From assembly GCF_964204645.1 (NCBI RefSeq), contig NC_134026.1, positions 1,635,950-1,699,949 on the forward strand: DNA of 64,000 nt. The letters are read 5' to 3'. This document shows positions 1-13,600 of this stretch, one piece after another. Numbering within the stretch: the stretch's first letter is position 1; every line of letters begins with the position of its first letter. This DNA is from Tubulanus polymorphus (lineage: Eukaryota > Animalia > Nemertea). The notes under the pieces were generated by a model. That model was not told the DNA's origin. It was given only the letters and a program-made list of their open reading frames with translations, and did no database searches. Both the position numbers and the translations under genes were made by a program.

Positions 1-258
1 AAAAGTGACAAAAAGTAAAGATAACGAATTGACGCGGTTACAATTAGCCGTGAAGAAATCCGAGGTTCAAATTAAGAGCTTAGAAACAGCTGTCGCTCAG
101 AAGGTAAATTCACCGTCTGCCGTGCGGCATCAAATACTGAGCTGTTTCAAGCGGACATATTTTTACTGTATTGCTTTCGATTTCAGACGAAAGAAAACGA
201 AGAACTGACTTCAATCTGTGATGACTTGATTTCACAAGTAGGAGGTGGTGGAAGCTAG
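1..258 (+). CDS. TACC: Transforming acidic coiled-coil protein, 3' end (exons <1-103, 187-258)
   Basis: Spliced GT(104)..AG(186) reading gives ...LQLAVKKSEVQIKSLETAVAQK|TKENEELTSICDDLISQVGGGGS*, matching the TACC-domain C-terminus (KxxENxELTxICDDLI). Confidence 0.9.
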
Positions 259-2100
259 TATTTATGTGAAAACCGATGACTTAAATAAATGAACTACCTA
301 TCAGCATATGCATTTCCCGAAACACTGTCAAAAGCAGATATATATATATACACGAGGCTAGATGAAAATGCTTTTAGAGATCCGCTTTAGTGCTTGGATA
401 ATTTCTAGACGAACAAACGGTCATTATGTTGTATAATGACGATGGGAAAAAACATAATTGACTCAGGGCCGAAATAGGAATGCAAAATGATTTTCGAACC
501 TAGACACAAAAGTAATACCGGTATACCATTTACATTCAAATGTACATGTATTAAATTTCGAAGACTGATTAGTTTATCTCTGCTTGTCCAAGAGCAGTCA
601 TCTCATATTGTTTTCCCGAGAAAGAGAGCAGAATATTGTTTTACAAACAAAATATTTATTCGATGCCGTTTGGCCTGGTCTTGAAATCGTAGAATAAGCC
701 GCTTGATGGCAATTTATATTTGACTGGGCGCATTTGTTGTTGATGTGAGACTTTCGCTGTGTAGGGAATGAAACCAAATGTAAATATTTCTATGAACAAG
801 TGCCAAGCTTGTGTGATAACGCTTGTAATTGTTTATTCCGTGTTGATGATTCTATTTGTCGGTCCAATATGAAGTATGTTCATTAATCCGTATGTCCGTG
901 ATGAGCTCGTCGTCATACACTAAGTCGGTACATGAAGTGAATTGTATTTGAATATTGCACAACCTGCCAGATATTAAGAGCTAAATGAATATGTATCAGA
1001 AATGTTAAGATTGAAAGTGAAATATATTGTGTTGAACTTAAATTAATTATTTTTGTGTTGAGTACAACAGGCTATAATTGTAACTAATAAATTAATGTTC
1101 GTTTTTGGTTAAGCTTCAAGAAGTGATGTTTGTCTGTATATTTGTGCTGCTTTCATTCGAAGATTTAAAGATTAACTCGTTCAAAGTTTGATATACGCTC
1201 GATTCTAATGTGAATAGAATGTTAGTTTAAAAACTTATAGTTATGTTGTCAATTCTGGGTTGTTTTTTCACAGCCATAATAATGATGAAGATTGTACATA
1301 TATCAGTTTAAACATATTGTAATTATGTACAGTTAACTTGTTATTATGATCGCCTTTTTGAGTACTGATGTTTCAGTGCTATAGTAGTGTAAATGGCTTG
1401 TCTATTTGTGCTCATGTTTTCTCAATTTATTGCACCTGCTGACGGACACGGATGATTGTCAGTTTCTCCGTACCGGGGTATGTAGAACTAGAAATTGGAC
1501 GATAACAAAACAATGCTATGAATTCATCTTATTGAATAATGATACATATAGGGTATTATAACATGTAGTATGAATTCACGGTGGTTTATTTGATACAATT
1601 TGACGAAGGTTTTTAGAATCACTAATCTTATCTGAATCTTTTATGGAGTTACAATCAGTTGATTGCATAATAAATACTTTGTTAATGAGTAAGAAATCTA
1701 TATATTCCAGGTTTAATGACATTGACACCTTTCATGATTCCATTAGTTTGCCTGAATTTCAGATAAATGATGTTTTTGTGCCTTGTTTAACTTGCTGTTT
1801 TTCTTATGATTACTTGTAACATGCATGTACTAAAAATCCAATTATTTTTGGTGCTCAATAAAAATTAGGCATGATCATACAATAAATAGAATGTGGTTCT
1901 GGTTTTTCTAAATTTTTCTTGTGTTGAACCTGATTTGTTTATGGTTTTTGATAATTCTACACTTCGTTTTTACAAACTCTAGGATTCATATATTTGGATT
2001 GAAATGCAAGCATAGTTAAAGCGCATAGTCATTAATTTGCGGCTCGAACATAGGCGGTTATTAAGCCGTGTACCAGATGCCATGAGCGAGTGCCCCTCTG

Positions 2101-2170
2101 GTAGACTGGTTACCGGTCTCTATCTTCAATTAGAGATAATCCATATTGAATGGGACAGGCAACCAGTCTA
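2101..2170. repeat. Short repeat copy A with inverted termini TAGACTGGT...ACCAGTCTA
   Basis: gtagactggttaccggtctctatcttca recurs near-identically at 4336; each copy ends in gacaggc(a/g)accagtcta. Confidence 0.65.
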
Positions 2171-2606
2171 TACCGTGGCAATCTCGATGCCATCAGCCAA
2201 TGATCATGATCGCCAGGAGAATCCACGGAAGCATGTTCACAGTGTGAGTTAGCCGAGGTGAATGAATGGTTTCCTATGCTTAATACATACTGTGGTCAGC
2301 CGGTGTCGTATTCAATGGGGCGTGTGAATATACCGCTATTGTGTCTCTTTGACTCTATTGTTGAATGGGTTTACATTGAGCGAGAGCTTATAATAATACT
2401 AATAGAGCCGACGAGTTGAACACGCGCCAGTAGCCAGCTGAACAATATCGTAGAACTTTAATAAGGCCACTGGAGATAAATTACTTGATTCTCCTCAACA
2501 ACTCCTCTCCGAATTTAGCGCCGCCTGTTTTTAGGCGTTTCGTGTGGCCGATAGATCGAGGGTAGATAAGCAGTGATACTGATAGGTCATCGTGCACAGT
2601 GAATTA

Positions 2607-4095
2607 TATGGAAGACCTGGAGGGACATGCCAGTTGCTAGTTGCTAGTTGCCAAATACCATTTGATAATTGTTCTCCGCCCGCTAGCGCCACCTCGGTAT
2701 ATACCTTTTGTTATTCATTGCCGCGAAATTGCATGATCAAAAGTATGATCATGAACCCTATAAAACCAAAGGCATAATACATCGATAAGCTCCTGGCATA
2801 ATACATCGATAAAATGCAAAAATATCTCATTCAATCAGAATCATATTTTTAATGATTATTTTTGGATGACACCTGGACCGGACCAGGCCAAGAAGAGCAC
2901 TGCTGATCGACCAGACTGAGGCGCGTCGTATCCATGACGACTCGGAGCTGTCGCCCGCCCAGCGGCAGTGCTCGTTTCAATTTCATTGATTTCTTAAACT
3001 GAAGAAAGTGTTGAAATTTGGCCGATACGTCGGTCTCACACGTTCACTGAAGTTCGACTCGAGCTGCAGTTTTCGTATAACTAGTGCGCTTGCCGCGTTT
3101 CGGCGACCGCCCGGTCCACATTTGACTTAAATCATCGTTCCTGTTTTGAAAAAAGGGGACAGTCACTTAACCCGTTGAATGACTAAAACGTAATTTGCGA
3201 CTGTGCCCGAGTGACGCGTGTGTGCCCGAGTAAAATTCCATGACTATTTAATCAATGATTATGGGTACTACCATGAGTGCAATGGTGTTAGATGTCTACA
3301 ATCATAGTCTTAACCATTCCCCACTTTCATCTCTGAGTCAGGGGTCTGCCTATAAAAAATTTCATGCATTCTCAGTCCGCAGATCGGTGGGGAGTTTTAC
3401 AGAACCTAGTGGATGACAGCAATAAAATCACGACCACCGTTGATACAATGCCGGACTGCCACAATTTGTCACAATTAATTTTGATGGAGGATGGATGATA
3501 GGCCAATATCCCTATATAAACAAGAATCTTTTTATATAGGGATACTGGTATCATCCGCTCCTCCATCAAATTGTGACAAGCCCGTCTGAACCCGAGCCCG
3601 ACCCCGACCCGCGTTGATATTATTGTTTGCGAATTTATCTGGTCAAATCAGATTTGATTTGCCTAATTATAATTTGCTAGTCACGTGTAATCTAATCAAA
3701 TAAGATTTGCACAACACGATGAATTTGACGTCTTGTTCCAAACAGCTGACAAGAAAATACTGTCCCACTTTTCAAAATATTATTTCCCATGAATGGGTTT
3801 CAGGTTTCTCTTTCAGTTTTGACATTAATATCAGTTTTTCGACAAAAAATTTGTGAGTCCACCATCTTCAAATCGTATCAAATCGCCTCCGGTGGTGATT
3901 TGATATATTTGTGAGTCCACCATCTTCATTCAAATCGTATATACCTTTAAGGAAACATATATTGAGGTGGCGCTAGCGTGAACGGATCGAAAAAAATCTT
4001 CAACTAGCAAGTGGCATTTGACAACTAGCAATTGGCAACAAGCCCAACTAGCAAATGGCAACTAGCAACTGGGAACTGGCATGCCGTCTTCCATA
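2607..4095. mobile_element. Putative non-autonomous TIR DNA transposon (~1.5 kb)
   Basis: Left end tatggaagac..catgccagttgctagttgctagttgcc..gctagcgccacctc is the imperfect reverse complement of right end gaggtggcgctagc..gcaactagcaact..actggcatgccgtcttccata; no transposase ORF inside. Confidence 0.65.
3466..3579. repeat. Long hairpin (~50 bp arms, short loop)
   Basis: ttgtcacaatt..ttgatggagga.ggatgata..ccaatatccctatataaa pairs with tttatatagggatactggtatcatccgctcctccatcaaattgtgacaa. Confidence 0.8.
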
Positions 4096-4335
4096 GTAGA
4101 ATTGTCCATTGCACCTATTGTCAGTCATACTCCGTGTCACATGGAAGCGAATGCGTTCACGGCTTTAAACTGATTAAAATCTTTATTTGCCGAAAAAAAT
4201 GTCTAGCGTGTGAGAATTACAAGTGGAAGGTAAAGGCTACTTCATGTATTTCTAGTCAATGGGGCAAAGCCATTAGGTTAGTATTGACAAGAAGCTCCAA
4301 CCCGGAGCGCTTCCCTGTTAGCGTCCAAACATTGT

Positions 4336-4438
4336 GTAGACTCGTTACCGGTCTCTATCTTCATTTTAGACTGGTTGCCAGTCTCTACCTTCTGACTGCG
4401 AATGCAGGTGGCGCAGAATTTGACAGGCGACCAGTCTA
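4336..4438. repeat. Short repeat copy B (same family as 2101-2170, with internal partial duplication)
   Basis: gtagactcgttaccggtctctatcttca, then tagactggttgccagtctctacc, ending gacaggcgaccagtcta. Confidence 0.65.
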
Positions 4439-4485
4439 ACGCCACCGCGGAATAACTCTTTGATCTCCTCGGCACCGGGAGGTAT

Positions 4486-4499
4486 CGCCATCTGCTGGC
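4486..4499 (-). promoter_or_regulatory. CTCF-like motif upstream of SSH start
   Basis: Reverse strand reads GCCAGCAGATGGCG, fitting the CCASYAGRKGGCR consensus, ~120 bp upstream of ATG 4617. Confidence 0.45.
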
Positions 4500-4616
4500 C
4501 AATGCCTACAACTATAAGAAAATATTGACATGGCGTCGAGCTGTCAGAATGTTGCAGTCTTTCATTTGGAATAAAAGTGAATTATGAATTAGATCGTATC
4601 GTCATATTGGACTAGG

Positions 4617-7600
4617 ATGGCTCTGGTGACAGTCCAGAGGTCACCGAGCCCAAGCAACACGCCAGAATCGGTAAGATTCATTTTAAAATATCGTAGATTT
4701 CTATTTCACTTTGAGTTGTGGTGTTGTCTCCCCGACCTCCCCAGTCACGAGTCAGTGGAATGGAAGTGGCTCCAGTCTCTGGCCGGCACGGGCCACACCA
4801 CTTACTACTGCCACACATTCGCCAGGAGCAGAGCCAAGGAACCAACACACACACATTCGTAACATATAGATTTCAATACACGAAATAGGCTATTTGGCCG
4901 GACTATGTCTTTCAACAAGTTCATAAATTTCATGCAGCTTTTGGCCAAAAAACCCACCCTTCTCAATCTCATTTTGATTTTGTCTGCGAGGATCTTTCTG
5001 TTATATCTTGTTATGTATCTTTTCAGGATGTGGTCGAATCGTCTTCGGCTGAATTATTGGACAGCCCTCAGGGTAAATCACGAAGGTAAAGCTAATCTAA
5101 TTCAAATGAAACAAAAAAAAACTCAATATCTTTTACTATGCGTAGATATAGACTAAAGACCCCCTTTCTGCTTATCTATCAAAGCAAGCATCCATTATTA
5201 GAATATAAAGGGCGACCCTGGTGAATTCATTATCCGGGTGTTTTTGTTTGTGCGGTAGGCGTACCCCTAGTCTTATAGTATTTATCTGGCATTTGAGGCC
5301 TTAATTATAAATTGCCTATGGTATAATGATACAATTGCATTAGGCCTATATGTGGAGGGAACAATATTCGATTATTTGGTATCTGTTTTTCTAGAACGGA
5401 TCGTTTATCTAATCAAACACTTCATCTCTTGTTAAAATATCAGTAGATACTAGGCCTATACATATCATACCCTACTATTGTGTGTACTATGGAAATCTAT
5501 GATCCAAATATTCATGAAGGCTAAAATTACATGGTGATTCTTTAATCAATTTATCGACTAATTTCTGGATCAAATACGATGTACTATTATCATGAAAAAA
5601 ACTGTATATGCGCCAGGAAGAATTTCTGGGTTAAGCCACCTGAAAATGTTAACTACATCTACAACTATGTTAAAACCTGGCTTCGACTGGTATAAAAAAC
5701 CATTCAGCTGAATTGACACAATACCAATAGTGAAAGGTTTTGTAATTCTTTCACCGGATATCATGGTTACTGCCTGGTTCGTTTGGTACCAAGTTTAGAG
5801 GAAGTCTATTGTACTTTTTACCACATTGTGTATAATTCATCATTTGACTCCAATTCGCCTTTTAGGACTATATCGATTTGATATGATTGAAAAGTTTCTC
5901 GACAAAGAAGTTTATAGAACTAGCTAGAAATATCAAAATTACTCTATCCCTTACCCTTGATTGTGGTAGGTTGGTGCTACCCAGGAAGCTGTAATAGGGA
6001 AGTAATTATGAGATCGATTATATAATTTGATCCATTCTAGGCCTATAGGGGCCTTCATACATACAACATAATACATGTTGTTTTCAATTTTTACAATTAA
6101 AAATTAAAAATTGTTCACGTTGGTCCCGTTGTTGACTTTTTATTGATAATGTAAGTGAAAAACCAGTTTTCATTTTGTCAGAATGGGCAAAACAGCCAGG
6201 GTACATTATACATTTACAATAAGCCTGTATTTCCGCCAAACACTATTGATTGTATCCGACCTGGTGATGTTTGATACTATTTCTAAATTTGAACTGAGCT
6301 AGAACGTCGGACCAGACCCGTGCCAAATTTTAGCGCAGGTCATTTAAATTATTGCGAGTGAATGCTTACTGGTTCTGGAAGTGATTCACTTCGTTTTGTG
6401 ACAGTATCGAGTGAGTGATTTACATGTGAACGCGATGTCTTATTAAGCAAGGGCCAAATTTGACTCGGGTCTAGTCCGGACCAAATCATCTCCCCGAACA
6501 ACTCCAGCAAGAGAGAGAGAGTGCGTGTGGTAGTTGATCGGGCTAAAAATACTGTCATGTTTTATGTTCGAACAGGTCAAAAACTGCTTTAAGTAAGCTG
6601 AGAAAACTGTGTCATACGGTCAGATTTGTGAACCGACTGCGGTGAGCGGCACGTTCTCTCCTCTAAACCCGTTTCTTTATTTTTATTTCTAAAAAAAACA
6701 GACGAATCGTCGACTTTCGACCGTTGACTGAATTATTCATAGATTTATTAATTCGCGAAGCTAGCAACGCGTTAATGCTTTGAGAAAAGCCTCCTCAAAA
6801 TCCCCTCAGGCAGATCTGGATGGTCTACCAAAACTTTCTTTACAATGAAAATTTGCAGTGCCCCCCCCCTGAGATAGAAAGGATTTGGTGAAAAGGGGCG
6901 CAATCTTAGGCTAAACAAGATACCTCATTTCTCCTTATCGACCGGGTCATTTTTTAAACCGCTATGAAATTTGTAATCAGTTCATTCCTATTGCTGCTAG
7001 ACATGTTTACCCTGATCATTATTTTAAAAAGAAGTAATGTACAGGGTAGATAGGCAGCCGGTCGGGTCAACTTTTAAGCTCAGCAGAAATGAGAAACAAG
7101 GTATCAATTGTTCTAGAACAACAGATTTAATTTTGTCAGAAATTCTGAAAAATGGTCGTAAAGGGCGCTTTTGTTAATTTGCTCTTAGAATATTTGGTAA
7201 ACCCTCAGATCTTGCTTGTGGATGCTCCTTTCACGTCTATCTCGTGTGTTATTCACACTGATTACGTGTGCGACAGTGAGTAAAAGATTCCACTGAAATA
7301 ATGCATCATCCGTCAACCGTAACAAGTTTCCTGTCATCAAAATAATTTGACGGCGATTTTCTGTAGCATTCGCTCGAATTGCGAGATGCTGACTAAATAA
7401 TGAAAACTCGTGATTCATTCTCTGTTGATTCGATAGATTCTCTGGAATCAGATTGAGAATCACGCGAGTGTACAGTCGGTGAAGGATAAATCTTTGATTA
7501 CTCAGTCGATCGGTCGTGTATTTCTACTATCGATACACCATGCATATTAAAATGATCGAATACGATTCTTGAATTCGAAAGGTTTCGTTGTCATCATCTC

Positions 7601-10600
7601 TTATTTCTACGCGAGATCGTTAAGTGTTTGGATTTGAAGAGTTTCACCACGAAAATACTATTATACGAACCAGCACAAATACATATATAACACTTTATCT
7701 ATTTCACAGGTGAACAATTTATATTTGTGTAGATAAAATATTTTGATTTATTTAGTTCAAGTGACAATTTTATCTCTTATTCACACATAACGATTTAGTT
7801 GGGGATTTTGAATGTCTGATAAATGGATCTGATGATACCCGGGGAGTCTCGAGGGGATGTCTCGTCAGTCAGTCCCGGAATAGGAGATATATTATAGGAT
7901 TAATAATATGCATGTTTATTGTATAAACATAATTACGATAGATCCCTCATATCTATATTAGCATGTTATATTTGAACACTAGCCTGTGTTGATTTCCTGA
8001 AAAACCAGTTCAGTGAGGACAGGAAATTTATCCCCGTAACTCGCTGCAATAGTTACTGAACTTTATTTTCTTATTCTGATAAATGAATATAAATCATTTA
8101 CATCTTATCAACAAGATTAATGATGTCAGTATACCCGGGTGTAGCTGACCTCGAACCCTCATTCAATCAATCTACAATCAATGATCTCTTTTGTTTCCTT
8201 GTCTTGCAACATCTTCTATATTTCATAGTGCTACATTCAGTAGCTACACTCATATAGTGCTTGAATTCTTCCAATAGATGGTTTTCTAGTTTAGATAGAT
8301 AGTTCGACCTAAAATCTTTAAACTCGATTTCGAGATTTCCAGATCGGGGAGGGAATTTACCGATCAGCTGTTTAAAAAAAAAACATTCCGATCAAAAATT
8401 TGATATAATCGCAAACTTTGTACAGTGTGAAATCAATGGTGCTTTGTTTTGATGAATGTCCGATTACATTTGGTTCAAAATCGATACAACAAAGAGATGT
8501 TTTCAATAAGTCTTCAAAGTGCATTGTGTATCAATATGAACAAAAAAAAGATAGAAATTCATGATTGTGATGATATTTTTATTGATTTCGATCATGGATA
8601 TCTTTATTATAATAACATTATTCTAACCAAGCTGACGGTGAATGCATGTTCTTTATTAATCTTTAGTAGTGGTGCTAGTCGCTAACTAACTATACTATTT
8701 AAAAAAAATGGCCAGTTTTATTTTGGCTTTGGGCGCTTTTTCATCTAATTTGCACAGCGCAAATAATGCTTGGATAAACCAACTGCTTGCCCTATGATAA
8801 AGCCAGCATGTCCCATTAGTGTGTCCCATTGTTTTAAAAGTCATAGAACTCAATTAAAGTTAGATTATGATGTATGTTATGGCTATGATTATTTTCACAG
8901 CAAACAGACAAGTGTTTCACCATAAGATGTAAAGCATTATGCTCAGTCTCATGATGATTAATAGTATATACCAGTTGCGTATACCTCAGCAGTGGTAAAT
9001 CCTCCAGGGGATTAAAGCGTGAAACCTGTTATAACGGTTTTCAGATTTGATCATAAAAGAAACCAATTCAGTTTTTGCGCAGTGACAGCCACTCAATGGT
9101 GGATGGATTAGAGCAGGTTTCGATTAAACGTATTCCGGTTTGAGAATATCAATTGCGGCTTGCGAACTCTCTACCGGCCTGCTGTAGAGCGTATTCTGGT
9201 CGAAGCAGACGCGCCAAGCAGAAGAGTAGAAACCAATTGAAACCTGCATTATTCTCTGCGCCATTGTTCCATGAAAAAAATATAAAATGCACTGTTCATA
9301 GTGATAACATTTTAAGAATAGGACAACAATCACCGGTAGAATTGATAAAATAATGAATATTTATCGTGATAATACCTGATTTGATAACTAGAATATGTTA
9401 TTTTAGATTTCTAATTCTTGGTTATTTCCTGATTAACATTGCTTTGAAAAATGTAGCCCCAGTTCTTTATCTAAATACTACTCAGATATTGCAGTAGTTT
9501 AGATTTCCCCTATGTTTTGTGATACTGGTTTGTCCTATCTCGATGTGTGTTCGTCTCGTTTTTTCTGTTACGTTGATATATTTCAGTTATAAACAATTGC
9601 TGTGTATGGAAATTGTCTCGTCAGGAAATACCATATAGCAAAAATATTCAGTAATTTCAGTGTAATACATCTGAATAGGGATAAAGCTGCTTCTGAACTC
9701 GCACAAACTAATCCATATCTATAATACACTCACTCTTATATAGCATCAAATATGGCTTGATTTTCACTTTCTGTCTATAATCAACAGAAATGAGGTTTGG
9801 GTTTGGAAGAATAGATATCGGGTAATTATTTATTTCTTCAATTCATATTTTCAGCTCGGGGAACTATACAACTATATATATATATATATATTTAATTATT
9901 ATTTGAAGGATTATTTTACGTTTCGAAATGTTTGAAAAAGCTGTCATTTTCTAAATGATGATTTTTACGTATTTTGAATTACAGCCTGAGTGAGAGTTAT
10001 TTGACAGTGAAAGGTGCAGCGTTAATTCTACCGCAGTCAGAATGTCACAGACGTATTACAAAAGGAACCCACGCAGGTTTGTTACATCTTTCACAGTACA
10101 TGAAATCCCGAACCCGGTTCTGCAGTTTTCGCAATTGAAACTTGAATAAAACATTTGAAATTGAAACTGATTTTAATTCAAATTTAGCCTAAGGACTGTG
10201 GAACTGGGTCGTATGGTTAGTTACTGAGTAAAATATTGTGATAGGTCATTTCTGATTAGGTAGAATATTTGGTCAGATGATTTTCCAATCTATCAATGTT
10301 GTTGTTGTTTGTTTATTCAGGGGATATGCAGAACCACCTGCAGGCCATGTTCCATTTATTGCGGCCTCAAGATACAATCAAACTGGTAGGTCTTTACTTA
10401 AAGTCGCTATCAAACTATTTTTGATCAACCATTCACATTGGTGGCTTATGGACCCATGCTTGTTTGACACATGCCACACGTGGCCTGACCAAAAACAACG
10501 GGTCAAATTATTCCAAATGAATGTCGACTGGTACTGGAAGTGATTCACCTCACTTGCCATGACAATTTGAGTGAGTGATTTACGTCTTGTCCAAGACTTG

Positions 10601-13600
10601 TCTAAATCATCTCTTGTGTGATCGCCGATTTTAATTTCATTGATTGATCTATCGGAATATTTGCCCAATCATTCTGTAGTTTGTCATCAGTAAGTTTTAA
10701 GTTTATTGTTTTTTAGGCGGTGAAATTAGAGAGTGGAAATCTGGAAGTGAATCGTTATTTAACGGTTGTAACATGTATCGGTCGTCAGGACACTGAGGAA
10801 TGTTTATTACTCGGTATAGATATCAATGAACGCACGACTATCGGTCTGGTGTTACCGGTATGGGCTGATACTAAAATCAGACTCGACGGAGACGGGTATG
10901 ACCTACGAAATAATTCTCATTTTACATCTGCAGGAAGCTTTTTCGATACGATTTTAATCTATAAACTTAAGAGAGAAGCCAAAAAGTCACCTTAATTGAG
11001 TCTGAACCATTTTCAGTTGAAAAATTCAGATTTTCTGGCTTTCGATTGTCAATTTTCTTTCATATGAACACAGACAGTCGCAATCATGCGTCATAGTAGA
11101 AAACTATTGAATATTTCATATTTTCGAGAGATAATTATTGATTAGTTTTCGCTGTATTCAATCGGTATTTAATCGTTTGTGTTGTTGACTTTCAGCGGGT
11201 TTATCATCGATATCGAAGAGAAATGTCACATCTTCAAACCGGTATCAGTACAGGCTATGTGGTAAATAACCGTCCATTATATTCGCTACATACAATTTGA
11301 GATAATGCTATAACCAGAAACCATCGATTTATTCTCATCAAATTACGCGCGCTGATGATCAGATTGCACAACTGCTCTTTATTTATATTCTAGTCTAGCA
11401 CCTGTCGGCTTCGAACAACAATACGAGCTTCTTATTATTATTATCACAAGTGAATAGCATATATTTCTTGAAAAATAACGGTTAAAAATTTATATTTGAC
11501 TCGTTGATATTTTAGGTCGGCGTTACAAAGTTTATATAAGGTCACCGATGTGGCTATGAAGAATTATTACTACCCCGGTGGTCTAACGCACACGTGGATG
11601 TGTTATTATGAAAGTCGTATAAAATCCGATCGTGCTTCGATTAATGAATGGCATCTGATGGAAGATGTGACGTCACATCGTTCTGATTCACCTATCTTCT
11701 ACGGTGAAAGGTAAACTATTGATTATGTGTCTACGTTGATCGGGGAATCGGGAGAGCCTGTTCAACTAGCAGGGTTCCTATGGGTCCTTACATTCCTTAA
11801 TTACGTGAAAATGTAGGAAATGTACCCTAAGGTTTTGAAAAAAAATTCCTGAAATGTTAAGTTGACTGATCCGTAGAAACCCTGACTATGGTTTGATAAA
11901 AACACCTAACAAGATAAAAGTAATTCTTTTCAAACTATTTATTATTGGTCCGTATTGATTAAGGAACTTGGAACCTTTTAAACTAGATTTTCATTCAAAC
12001 TAGACATTACGTATATACATGATAATTTAGTAGTTTCTGTAAGTTTCAGAGAATATACCAGAGAACAAGATAATTTTATGATAGGTATCGATTACGTGTG
12101 TGATGAATTGAGCGCCATGGTTCCTACAGCACTGGGAAATCGGGAGAAATTTGGCAATTTGGCTGTTTGGAAATATTTCAAAATTGGATCGATTGCCCAA
12201 AATCAACTTTCTTCAGCAATGTTTCTTGGAAATCACCTCTATCAACCAGACACTTCTAAAATGTTGACGTCCCTGTGGTTTATTACTAGGGAAAGTTGAG
12301 AAATATCCCATGAAATACTTGGGAAGAACTTCGAATTCGTGTTACTTCCTTAAATTGATTACCGGTCATTCTTTCAGCGCTGTTACCGACCAAGAGAAAC
12401 TTCACTGTCTCATCAAGAACAAACTCAGAGAGATTATGTTACAAGTAGATTTAGAAGAGGTCACAAGTAAATACGTAAGTTTACTTTAATTATGAAATAC
12501 TACCTGTAATTAAGTATAAAATAATAATATAGAATTCATTACAATTACTGATCCATCTCATATTACAGTTAAGACTCAGAGTTGAAGAGGAATTAGGAAT
12601 GAGTTTGAAGGAATATCGTAGTTATATCGACAATGAAATGCTCATTATTCTCGGACAAATGGATTCGGCCTCTGAAATATTAGACTTTCTGTATCTCGGT
12701 TCTGAGTGGAATGCTTCTAATTTGGAAGAACTCAGACAAAGAGGGTAAGAACCAATTCATCTTATGCCTAAACATAGATTTCTAGAATTATCTTGAGTTT
12801 TGTTACGACTCAATTATTTTTTTATTTTCAGTATTGGTTATATTTTAAACGTCACTCGTGAAATCGACAATTTCTTTCCTGGAATGTTTGAATATATGAA
12901 CATTCGTTTGTTCGACGAGAAGGAGTCCGATCTGTTGAAATATTGGGAGAAAACGCACCGTTTTATATCAAGAGCTAGGTATGATATATGAATAATGATA
13001 CAAAACTACGCTTTGTCGTGATATAGGATAAAAGATATAAGATTGCTCCCACAAATGAGAAAGAAAACCAAATCCAAAATGAGCTGATATTTAATTCAAT
13101 GTTTTGACTATATCCTATTTGTCATCTCCAGGAATATTTAAGTTAATACAAAATTATGAGATATATACATTCAATCCAGATCGTAGAGACTAATAAATAC
13201 TTTGTGTTGTGTTTGGGCAATAGGTTTTGGCTGTTCAGTTTGTAAAACGGTGCATGAATGATATTTTTGTAGAGATCGTGGATCTAAATGTCTTGTACAT
13301 TGTAAGATGGGAATAAGTCGTTCTGCTTCTACTGTAAGTTAGTTTTCTAGTTCCACAGTTCCTCACAACTCAAGAGTTGAAGAAGAACTCATTCTAACTG
13401 CTGATTAACTCTGGAACTGGATCTTGTATTTCTTTCGTAGAATTTTTCCGCATTATTCATTTTTGCGTTGCTGGTTTATTTGAATAGGTGATTGCATTCG
13501 CGATGAAGGAGTACAGCTGGTCGTTAAAAGAGGCTTTGAAATTTGTGAAGGACAAACGCGGCTGCGTTCGACCTAATCCTGGATTTATGGCTCAACTTGA

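Noticed and set aside
4032-4502. Overlapping ORFs of 135 aa and 74 aa
   Set aside because: They lie in repeat termini, show no recognisable domain and have no transposase motifs.
6576-6592. Candidate 17 nt SSH microexon (acag|gtcaaaaactgctttaa|gtaag)
   Set aside because: In the phase required after exon 2 it reads into TAA and does not fix the phase mismatch.
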